A model generated the notes under the pieces. The model saw only the letters and a program-made list of their open reading frames with translations, was not told where the DNA came from and searched no databases. 64,000 nt of DNA. Source: Antedon mediterranea (taxonomy: Eukaryota; Animalia; Echinodermata). Where the stretch lies: the NCBI RefSeq assembly GCF_964355755.1, contig NC_092675.1, forward strand, positions 6,257,812 through 6,321,811. Reading direction: 5' to 3'. The translations under genes were made by a program, and so were the position numbers. Below are positions 42,001 to 50,377 of the stretch, one piece after another. How positions within the stretch are numbered: position 1 is the first letter of the stretch; the number at the start of each line of letters is the position of its first letter.

Positions 42001-45000
42001 ACTGTGGCTGTAAAACACCCTTAAGTGAATACCATTACCACTTAAGTGAATACCATTACCACTTAAGTGAATACCATTACCCCTTAAGTGAATACCATTA
42101 CCACTTAAGTGAATACCATTACCCGTTAAGTGAATACCATTACCTGTTAAGTAAATACCATTACCACTTAAGTGAATAACATTACCACTTAAGTGAAATC
42201 CTTGAATATTTATTAAGTGAAATATTGCTTCTGGGTACTATAAAGATACAATCATGATTAAAGACTACATACAGTACAAGGGCTTAAAACCAGTGAAGAG
42301 TGTAATTTCAATCTTCCCTGCTTAAAACTAAAGATTTCAACAGATTCGCCTTAATTGATGTCAGACTGCACAGTATACATTGTGGATTGAAATAGATTAA
42401 CATTGAATGTCAACATGTACTTAAAATGTTTTAAGTAATCTACTAATTTGTCTATTGGATTACATGTTAATTCAAATTTATGGGGCACATTTAAACAATA
42501 TCATCGTGTTTAATCTTGTTCTTATTGAATGTTTTTCCTTAATAAATCGTGCAGTAGGCATTATTTAGATTGTGACTGACAAATAGTGCTGATATATGCA
42601 TGTTTTCTTAGAGGAAGAAAGCATGTGAATGTTTATTTGAAACTTTTAACAGCTCAGGAAGTTCAATTTTTTATTTTGGTACATGTGTTTCCTTTGATGA
42701 ATATATGATATAGATTAAGAATGACAAATAGTACTGCTACAATATGCCTGCATTTCTTTGTAGAATGACGGAACAACATAACTGTTTATTTGAAAATTGG
42801 CTCAGGCTCATTAAATAGGACCACATTGCACATAACCAGACTTAATTGGGTATATCCAGGCATGCAATCATACACAGTTTACAACTAGCTAAAGATCAAA
42901 TGTTTCTGTTCATAATCCTCATTGTAAACCCCATTAAATTTTCCCGTGTTAATTTTCGTAAAAATGTTTTCGTTGTATAATTCATGTCTCGTTTTAAATA
43001 AATTTTAGATATTTTCAACTGTAGCCATTCACAATTTAAATGTATTTTGAAAGACATTATTCTATAAATGTTATCTTTGTGTTGGGTATCAACCTGTACC
43101 GTACTGACGCGGGTATAAGCCCACCCCCCGCTTGAACATGAAATCACGTCAAGTTTGGGGGGTGGGCTTATACCCGAGGATCCAAAAATGCAGATCGTCA
43201 AAAACAGCACATGTACACTGTGTATTCCACTATGCGAGCGAGCGCCCTCACGTGTACGACGTTGCCTCTAAATAATACACGAGGTGTAGAGTGTCGGAAA
43301 ATTAAGCTTATATAGTTCGTGTAATTTATCGTAGAATATCTTATTTTAAACATCAATTGAACAAGAATTTATCAAGCAGAAAAGCAAGTATACAATGTTC
43401 GTTAAATAGAAATGTACCAAAGAAATTTAATAAGCTTGTTTATGGCAGCCGATACCAAATAGTGGTTTTCCGTTTTGGCGACTTATAACGTCTGGTGTGA
43501 AGCGATCTTCGACCGCGATGGAGTGTAAACAAAACAGGACCGCTAGGCCTCATATGGCCTAGCGTATATTAGCCTAACTTGGTTATGATCAAAGGTAGGT
43601 GTATGGACGTCGCCAAATACAAAATAATGTATTACGACACACACTGTAGATCTTCGAATTAATGGGTGGGCTTATACCCGAGTATGGGCTTATACCCGCA
43701 TCAGTACGGTAATTGGTGCCTTGCAAGAATAAAGAATAGAAGACTATATAAAAGAAGCGTTTATGCATTCTACGAATTTTGTATGCTCTCATAATTTGTT
43801 TGGAGGGTGAGTTTGTTTTACTGAAAAATGTCTTACAATTTGGATTGTCAATTTTGTATGCTCTCATGGGGAATTTGTTTGAAGGGTGAGTTTGTTTTAC
43901 TGAAAAATGTCTTACAATTTGGATTGTCAATTTTGTATGCGCTCATGGGGAATTTGTTTGGAGGGTGAGTTTGTTTTACTGAAAAATGTCTTACAATTTG
44001 GATTGTCAATTCTGTATGCTCCATGTAGAATTTCCATTTCAGTAACCGAGAGGCCTTCAATCCATTTATATTCTTTCACTAGTGAGTCTGATACATCATT
44101 GTGTGTAGGAATCCAACCACATCGTTCACTACAAGAAAGGTCACGATGAACGTTAGTAACACAATAGCACACAAATTCATATGTATAAAAAGAGTACAAA
44201 CTACGTCTGTATATTGCTATTGGGGTTGAATGACTGGTTGTCCACGGTTTGTGTAAATATAATCTAATCTTTATGGCTTAGAGAAACTTGTTTGAATAGG
44301 TCAACATCATCACGCTATGGATTTATTAGAAGTCCTATCTCCGTCTGGCTAGATAATAGAGTAGCTGCAGTAGCTGTTTACACTATATTGTAAAACAATG
44401 GATTCAATGGTTTGCATTCTAATGGACAGAATATTTTCATTCATTGAAAGATTAATTGTTCTAATAAACTTGGTTTCTCCTTAAGTTCTGTCTACACTAT
44501 CAAACATTATGTGACAAAAAAATGTGATGTGCCCATTATGGACATGATGATGTCATATCACTACCATATTTGGGCATACACTACCATATATGTGCACATC
44601 ACACTTTTTTTGTCAAACTAATTTGATAGTGTAGACAGAGCTTCATATCTTATATGTCAAGGATATGCTATGCACAAAAATGAGGAGAGGGTTGGCTACA
44701 CTTTAATAATACAAACATATCATTAAAAAAAAAAAACATTAACAAAAATAATCAATGGACATCAAGGGATCAAATGGCAAGGTTGGGTTATATTATTATT
44801 ATTAGTGTCAATCAATGACCTTCTGATATAATATCCCTGATATAATGTACTTAACATTGATGTTAAGTTCATGTTTATTAGTATAAAGGTTCATCTGGAT
44901 CTTTCTCTTCAAAGGGAATAAAGTTTTTACTGTTTTCGTTTTTTTTTTAATCATCCAAAAAAAAATAAAAAATTGTATTCTTCATATTTGTGTTTTTATG

Positions 45001-48000
45001 TTTATGCCTTTGTATGCTTTGAGCGTTGATGTGACATGTCTTAAGGGGACAGTGGTCCTCCTACCTCTTTTGCCACTCCTTAGCACACTCAAATTCCTAG
45101 TGATGATTTATAATCTTACTAAATTATTAAAATAAATAAATAACTATACATTGAAATAAAACGTTCTTAACATGTAATGTAATGTATTCAACACAATCGT
45201 GCAAGTTCATGACATCTGTCAAGTACATGGATAATTTCTATCATACCTTGTAAGGTTAAGGAAATAAGGATAGACATTATCTTGGTAGCATCGATCAATT
45301 TCTCCTAAGCATGTCCTTAAAGTTTCTTCTGATGTCGTGTCCTTTGGTACGCCCTAAGAAATATAATTTCATTGGACAGTTAGTGTAACGATACAATAAT
45401 GATACTATAATACTTTATTGACTTAAGGGCTTTGAAATCGCACAATTGAACGGACAGAAATTAATGTGGCATATGTAACATTCTGTTTTATCCTTACTCT
45501 TTGAAATCCTTTATGCTCTATCATCACCCATGGGGTGAATAACACAATAGAAAAACTTTAAGAAAAACTTTAAATAACTAATGCTAAACACAGGTGTGTT
45601 GATAATGGGACTAAAGTATAGCTACAGCTAAAAAGGTAAAACAGGATAAACAATTTAATTTAAAGTTATTATTTTTGGATATTTAAATTAATAAACATTA
45701 AATCAGTAATTGTGATTATAGGAAGTAAATTGACTTAACATAAATAAAATATATATTGTTGAATATTTCCAAAAATAGCGTTTAAAATGGAAAAAAATTA
45801 ATTTTTCAAGTTCAATGACGTATTCTATTAAGAATGTAACTACTATTAACACAGTCAAATAATATAAATTAAGTAATCTCTCATTTGGGGAAACCTCTAT
45901 TATGGGGACACTTGGGTTGGGTACCGAAGGTGTCCCCTGAATATTGGTCCAGCCTACTATAATTGTATTGTACTTCATTGTGGCTAGTTTTAATAGTTTT
46001 TTTCAGTCTGTTTTAATATTTATGTAATCCTCAATCCTAATATTCTAATTTTTCCAATAATCGTTTCAAAACCTTCTCGAGATCAGTTGAACCAGGAACA
46101 GGATCAACAACATGAAATAATATTCCAACTAGTGTCCTCCTCCCAGTGTTCTACTGTGTTTGTGTAACTGTATTGCCTGTTTGTAACCAGCATTACATTA
46201 TTAATAGGAAACTGTAGAGTTAACGTATCATTGTGCAATTCTTCCTTTTTAATATTGTATTTTTAATAGTTTTAATAATTTTATGATAAACACTTTTAAT
46301 CTGTATGTATTATATATAACCTAGCTTTTGGACAATAAAATAATATCAGTATCAATATCAGTTACAGAATGTAAAAACAAAACTGTAAATAAAATGCAAC
46401 ATTTCTGATATAATTCCTTAGTGACATTCATTACTTATTCTGAAAATGATTGATTACATTAAACAGTTACAACATTATGTTTTAATCACAATCTTACATG
46501 GTCTCAATGGAAATAAATTTGCCGCCTTGTGGTACTTTTTGGGGTTTTTTTCTCTAATGAATTATGGTCGTGTAATTATTAAAATAAGAAAAGAAAAAAA
46601 TGTTTCTGCCAACGCAACATTTTCATACTGATATTAATAATGTCATAACAAATTTCAGATTTTTCTTTAATTGGTCATTTTCTGTAGTGATTTTGGTTAT
46701 TTTATTATTTTCTTTAATGATTTTTTTAATTTTTGTGATTTTCTGTAATGATTTTATAGCTTTTAACATGATTTGCTGTGATTTAGATTTTTTTTGATTT
46801 TCTCTCTAATATAGATATTTTTTCTGGCGATTTGCTGTAATACATTATTAAGAGAGTCTGTTTACAGCGATATTTTTATTGCTTTTTGACAATCCGTCGG
46901 AATGGTGTCCTGGGTTTTTTTTTTATTATTAACCACCGTGTATACTTTTATGTGTTATGTTAAGTGAATATGACTTTCTTAATAGTATTTCTAAAAACAT
47001 TGAAGAATTCATAAATCAAAAATAATATTAAGTTTAAGGTAAATGTCCGGAAATATAGTAAATTGATAGAGAGAAAATATCAGTTCAATTACCTGAAAAT
47101 ATTCAGGCAAAGTGAACTTAAGCTCTGTCTACACTATCAAACTTGATGTGACAAAAAAAATGTGATGTGCCCACATGATGATGGGCACATCACATTTTTT
47201 TGTCAAACTAGTTTGATAGTGTAGACAAGGCTTTAGAGAGAAAATGTAAGATTGAGGACTCGATACTACAAGCAAACCATACTTGTCCTCAGGGAAAGTC
47301 TATCCACAAACTTGGCTTAATGTTATGTTATTTTTACAGTGGATGTGTATCTAATACTGGTAATTTTTTTTGCTAAAAATATTGTATTCTAGATTTTCCC
47401 ATTTACATACTTGACCTGTAAACAGCTTGTATATGAGAAATACTATAAGTTTTATTTATTTCAAATATTTATTTACCTCCGCCAAAGAGGTATATGTAAT
47501 CGATCGCGTGTGTTTGTTTGTCTGTTTGTCTGTTTGTTTGTTAGCAGGATTACTCAAAAAGTAATTACAAGGACCATTCCATTAAATTTTGGGACCATTT
47601 CGGACCACAGTCCCAATTTTGGACCACTTTTTAGTATACTTTTCAGACCTGTTAGTGTTAAAAAGATAGGACAGAATTTTTCAAAAGCCGGCGAGCAGTC
47701 TTAAAGTAACAAGTAAACTAAAATTGAATTTTCTCGAGAATAAATTTCATTTTTGTACAAGAGGCAAGAGTTATAATTTGTGATTTGTAATTTTAAAACA
47801 TAATTTGATTTAATGTGCACGTTTTTTGATGCGAGTAGTTTACAAAACCTATTTCTTTTCAAATTCACTCGTTTGATTTTCGCGTTGCTGTTCTATTGTT
47901 AGTCAACTGAAGCTATTGTTAATTTAAAGGCTTGTTACATAACCATTACACCAAACTCGCATACACATGCTTGTAGTGAAATTAGCGTAAATCACAAACA

Positions 48001-49390
48001 GCATTAAGACACACACAAATATATATATATATTGTTTTACCGGAGAAATCTTATGTAGGACAATTTTAAAGTAGGCGGAGGTATGCACTCTTGGAGTGGC
48101 TTTCTAGTTTTGTCTTTATTCTGCAAGCACTTTCAGTACTAGTGCACTAAATTTCAAAGTGGTATAATAATTGGGAAAACCATAACAAAGTAAAGACAAA
48201 GAGTAATCAAAATTAAAAATAGAATTATTAATATTATAATTTTGGTTCAAATATTGAGTTGATATAAAACTCAATTTATATTCAGTTCAACGAAGACGCT
48301 TTGTACAGTATTGATTGAAGGGAGTAGGGTTTGTTCATTGTTAAAGAATTTTATGGTTCAGTGCACAACATCTTTACAAAATTGCTGTACCCACAATCCT
48401 TCGTAGCAACCATGAACTAAACAGGTAAACACATGGTGAAAGAAATCCTAGTTACTGTTAAATATTTAAGTCTTCAAATTAAGCCTTACATTGCTAAGCA
48501 ACACTATATCACGCAATATGCATTGTCAATGATATTTTGAGTTGATAATTAAATTAATTATGTATCAACTGAATGTCTTTAAAAACAGTTAAATTTAATC
48601 AAAAATCCATTGTCTGATTGTCTTTTTTTTTCAGGTTACTAATTTATTTAATAGTATTATTATTATATTTTTGGTCAAAGTAAATAACTATTCAACAAAA
48701 AAATATGGGGATTTTTTCAGAGAGACAATATATCTTAAAGTGGATGCTAGAGTATGCCATTATTCAAGAAAATAATATCACATATCACATAAAAAGAGGT
48801 TGCAATAAATACTATGATAAAAAAAACATTTCAAAAACTTAATATTTCTTACCCATCTAAGGTCACATTCAACCAAATGTAAACGACGCTTCTCACACCA
48901 CTGACGTAGATCTGGGAAGACCTATAAAATTATTGGAGCAAGAATAGAAATTCAGATTAAAGCCTTGTCTACACTATCACACTAATGTGACAAAAAATGT
49001 TATGTACCCCATACTGTATATGGACATGATGATGTCATATCACTATCATATTTATGCACATCACACTTTTTTTTGTCAAATCAGTTTAATAGTGTAGACA
49101 GAGCTTTATAAACTTTTTTAATACAATCATCAAATTATCATGATATGGTATGGAAAAACAACAAATCTTACTTCTTTAACCAAAATTTCTCTTTCTGCAT
49201 GGAAATCTTTGAAAGTAGAGGAGACAAATACCCGTATAGTTTTCCATCCAGATCGTTTTATGACGAGTTTCTTACATTTACTCTTTCTATCACATGTTTT
49301 TGTAACCTTATCCCATGTTTGCTGAACTGCGTAACGATAATCAGACGGCCCGGATGGCACTGCCATCGAGTTGGATGCGCCGCAACCCAT
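26857..49390 (-). CDS. DUF4062-NACHT(STAND)-TPR protein, NPHP3/TEP1/TTC41-like, about 1042 aa, 23 coding exons
   Basis: All 23 exons join in frame with GT-AG (3129 nt including stop). Motifs: N-terminal MGCGAS; IRVFVSSTFKDFHAERE..VFPDLR..CDLRWG and SVTEMEI (DUF4062); Walker A GGAGTGKS; Walker B VLVIIDALNQ; NPLWL; C-terminal TPR-like helices (LYLNIGILHEDNRRY, VFGYHHPRTQR). Confidence 0.9.
27177..27335 (-). CDS. NACHT gene exon 22 (TPR: LTSRLYLNIGILHEDNRRYYDAYDWF)
   Basis: atatag / gtatgt. Confidence 0.88.
27540..27777 (-). mobile_element. 5S rRNA-derived SINE (SINE3-like) or 5S pseudogene
   Basis: Reverse complement of 27690-27777 reads ttgaaagacctgttctcgtcagatcaccaaagttaagcaatgttgggcctggttagagcttgga..ctgggaatatcggtgctgta, i.e. 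5S rRNA with an internal deletion; a GC-richer non-5S body follows. Confidence 0.7.
28082..28162 (-). CDS. NACHT gene exon 21 (LGDDGHLADAIMTAGIL)
   Basis: gaatag / gtatgt. Confidence 0.84.
28309..28642. mobile_element. Old Harbinger-type non-autonomous element
   Basis: Degenerate TIR gccttgttcacactg / cagtgcaatcgaggc. Confidence 0.45.
28651..28838. mobile_element. Harbinger-type MITE
   Basis: TIR CCAACTCAGACAGCGTC / GACGCTGTCTGAGTTGG, TTA/TTA TSD. Confidence 0.7.
28884..29027 (-). CDS. NACHT gene exon 20 (CIDRAIQIFKD)
   Basis: tcttag / gtaagt. Confidence 0.86.
29515..29631 (-). CDS. NACHT gene exon 19 (KSIAIRETLEG)
   Basis: attcag / gtaggt. Confidence 0.86.
30052..30184 (-). CDS. NACHT gene exon 18 (TPR-like: SLALLEKAMKIEQE)
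   Basis: tttcag / gtatgt. Confidence 0.86.
30891..31018 (-). CDS. NACHT gene exon 17
   Basis: ctaaag / gtaagt, phase 0->2. Confidence 0.82.
31246..31518. mobile_element. MITE family A interrupted by an approximately 155-bp insertion (31329-31483)
   Basis: Left TIR and internal motif; resumes with gatatgacatcatcatatccatatttgggcaca after the insert. Confidence 0.65.
31678..31863. mobile_element. Tc1/mariner-type MITE (family B)
   Basis: TIR CAGTCAACTCTCCCAATACC / GGTATTGGGAGAGTTGACTG with TA TSD. Confidence 0.8.
31906..32034 (-). CDS. NACHT gene exon 16 (ELPIHLL...LLRYWRE)
   Basis: tttaag / gtaagc. Confidence 0.88.
32379..32481 (-). CDS. NACHT gene exon 15 (YFEG...HSKLADFF...RKVE)
   Basis: tactag / gtaagt. 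Confidence 0.88.
32724..32886 (-). CDS. NACHT gene exon 14 (LPAAKWAVVFRALKPFL...FYHRALSKAVRK)
   Basis: ttatag / gtaagt. Confidence 0.88.
33077..33477. repeat. 14-bp minisatellite (aatagagcacatgc/a)
   Basis: About 28 copies; source of spurious Cys-rich ORFs. Confidence 0.95.
33567..33742 (-). CDS. NACHT gene exon 13 (LLEQVFERFEEE...GLLETELLQIL; winged-helix region)
   Basis: tactag / gttcgt, phase 2->1. Confidence 0.87.
33808..34730. repeat. 14-bp minisatellite with 42-bp higher-order unit (aatagaacacatgc aacagagcacatgt aattgagtacatgc)
   Basis: About 65 monomers. Confidence 0.95.
35112..35299 (-). CDS. NACHT gene exon 12 (YNKRLD...NPLWLAVACEELRVFG)
   Basis: ttgtag / gtaagc. Confidence 0.9.
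35340..35390. mobile_element. MITE family A, half copy
   Basis: Left TIR only, inside a 159-bp intron. Confidence 0.65.
35459..35632 (-). CDS. NACHT gene exon 11 (LSWLPRKLAPQVRVIIS)
   Basis: atctag / gtatgt. Confidence 0.9.
35689..35855. mobile_element. MITE family A
   Basis: Near-perfect TIRs, TAA/TAA TSD. Confidence 0.88.
35949..36290. repeat. 81-bp minisatellite, about 4 copies, containing agccaatcag
   Basis: 27-aa periodicity in ORF 35964-36332. Confidence 0.9.
36509..36616 (-). CDS. NACHT gene exon 10 (Walker B VLVIIDALNQ)
   Basis: ttccag / gtaagc. Confidence 0.9.
36985..37086 (+). mobile_element. L2-type 3' tail fragment (second copy at 56461-56566)
   Basis: gtacagtgcttag..aggcactatata..attattat; near-identical copy inserted in the foldback element. 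Confidence 0.55.
37329..37440 (-). CDS. NACHT gene exon 9 (WHIFFHFVGAVPGSTDL)
   Basis: gcacag / gtaggt; HFVGA motif typical of NPHP3/TEP1-type NACHT. Confidence 0.9.
37883..38031. mobile_element. Harbinger-type MITE family D (palindromic)
   Basis: GCTTGGTTCCCACTAGAACGCAACG / CGTTGCGTCCTAATGGGAACCAAGC; relatives at 26588-26786 and about 2196-2260. Confidence 0.7.
38168..38361 (-). CDS. NACHT gene exon 8 (Walker A: LVILGGAGTGKSSLLAK)
   Basis: ttatag / gtaggt; P-loop preceded by VLGR. Confidence 0.92.
38705..38797 (-). CDS. NACHT gene exon 7 (VFEFFKNRIEEQYP...KEAHE)
   Basis: ctcaag / gtgata. Confidence 0.85.
39221..39316 (-). CDS. NACHT gene exon 6 (KDRVKWYDCEYAG...LTGLQEGFCKN)
   Basis: ttttag / gtaagt. 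Confidence 0.85.
39613..39700 (+). mobile_element. tRNA-like SINE head remnant
   Basis: gtagcttggcggttaa (A box) and gagttcaatcc (B box). Confidence 0.5.
41746..41876 (-). CDS. NACHT gene exon 5 (LFLVRNSSFL...KLDVLKQMLKTRL)
   Basis: attcag / gtaagt. Confidence 0.88.
42020..42197. repeat. 21-bp minisatellite (cttaagtgaataccattacca), about 8 copies
   Basis: Direct inspection. Confidence 0.9.
43099..43709. mobile_element. Tc1/mariner-pogo-type non-autonomous element
   Basis: TIR CCGTACTGACGCGGGTATAAGCCCA / TGGGCTTATACCCGCATCAGTACGG flanked by TA. Confidence 0.8.
43776..44020 (-). repeat. 79-bp triplication of the NACHT-gene exon 4 end and donor
   Basis: cttac (GTAAG on -) at 43990-94, 43911-15 and 43832-36. 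Confidence 0.9.
43995..44128 (-). CDS. NACHT gene exon 4 (ERCGWIP...GLSVTEMEILHGAYRIDNPN)
   Basis: ttgtag / gtaaga, phase 2->1. Confidence 0.88.
44484..44642. mobile_element. MITE family A
   Basis: TIRs and internal motif. Confidence 0.82.
45247..45353 (-). CDS. NACHT gene exon 3 (GVPKDTTSEETLRTCLGEIDRCYQDNVYPYFLNLT)
   Basis: tcttag / gtatga; completes DLRWG and CLxEID. Confidence 0.88.
47121..47232. mobile_element. MITE family A, internally deleted
   Basis: TIRs, TTA/TTA TSD. Confidence 0.82.
47472..48109 (+). mobile_element. Helentron-associated non-autonomous element (HINE/DINE-like), copy A
   Basis: Sub-terminal inverted repeat ACCTCCGCC...GGCGGAGGT, (TGTT/TGTC)n near the 5' end, 3' hairpin GCACTC..GAGTG and CTAG-TT end. 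Confidence 0.7.
48853..48921 (-). CDS. NACHT gene exon 2 (VFPDLRQWCEKRRLHLVECDLRW)
   Basis: ttatag / gtaaga, phase 0->0, DUF4062 motif. Confidence 0.9.
48961..49105. mobile_element. MITE family A
   Basis: TIRs; occupies most of a 250-bp intron. Confidence 0.82.
49172..49390 (-). CDS. NACHT gene coding exon 1 (MGCGAS...IRVFVSSTFKDFHAEREILVKE)
   Basis: ATG in good context (aataATGG), gtaaga donor; acceptor ttttcag ends at 49404. Confidence 0.9.
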
Positions 49391-49791
49391 TATTGTTTAT
49401 CATCTGAAAATTCAATACGGTTTGTTTTAGTGTTACGTTAATGGTAAATTGACACCAATGGGACAGATCTGTTTGAAAGGAGCGAGCAATCGTGACAATA
49501 AATTCGTCCTATTGGTTCCTGTACCTCACCCCACACCACAGGAGTTTACTACTAGCTAGGCCTAGTCCTTTTAGTATTGTACTACCTAGACCTAGCCTAG
49601 TCTATAATAGGCCTAGGCTAGTAGTAGTAGGATAGCCAGCCTACTATTAGGCCTACTACTACTACTACTAGGCCTAGTTTAGGCCTACTACTGTACTAGC
49701 TAGTAGAGAGGCACACAACACAAATATACTTAATTATATAGGCCTAGGCCTAGGCCTAGTACTAGTAGTACTATTATAGATTAATACTTAC

Positions 49792-49900
49792 ATAGGCTTA
49801 GGCCTAACTGGATTTGTGATACGTACGACTAGGCTATTAAGCTAGAAGCGAACCTGATCTTAGCAGAGAAATCGTAAACAAAACCACCAAATAAATAGGC
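49792..49900 (-). other. Putative non-coding first exon of the NACHT gene (5' end uncertain)
   Basis: GTAAGT donor on - strand at 49791-49786; acceptor at 49405-04 just upstream of the ATG. Confidence 0.4.
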
Positions 49901-50039
49901 CTCTAAAGTCTAGGCCTAGGCTACCAAAATTAATTGATGGATCATCATGATTTTATACACGGATTTGTTTGTTTTTTCTTGTTAGGAATTGAAGTACGCC
50001 CTCTAAAAAGAATGTGATGGGAAAAACTTGAATACATCT

Positions 50040-50346
50040 GTTCAGTATTTATTGGTACTCACTTTCGAATCAGTGGCACACACCTTTCGGTGGTGCGTCC
50101 ATAAAAATATAAACAACAACATATAAAAGGTAAATGATGATAAAACTTACATAATTAACTTACATTGGAAAAAAAACAAAACAAAACAAAAACAAATGTA
50201 CAGAGTAGTAATTGCACACTTGAGTAGATACTTAAAAACAATTGTATATTCGAGCAAATCAATAAATCGATGCAATAGGTCAGTAGTAAATACACATTAG
50301 GGCCTACTTACAAAATTTCAGACAGAAAAAGAAATACTTATACATA

Positions 50347-50377
<31 letters not shown>

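Noticed and set aside
26857-49390. Assigning the symbol TEP1 or NPHP3
   Set aside because: No TROVE or WD40 repeats (TEP1) and no N-terminal coiled coil or long TPR array (NPHP3); orthology cannot be established from the sequence alone.
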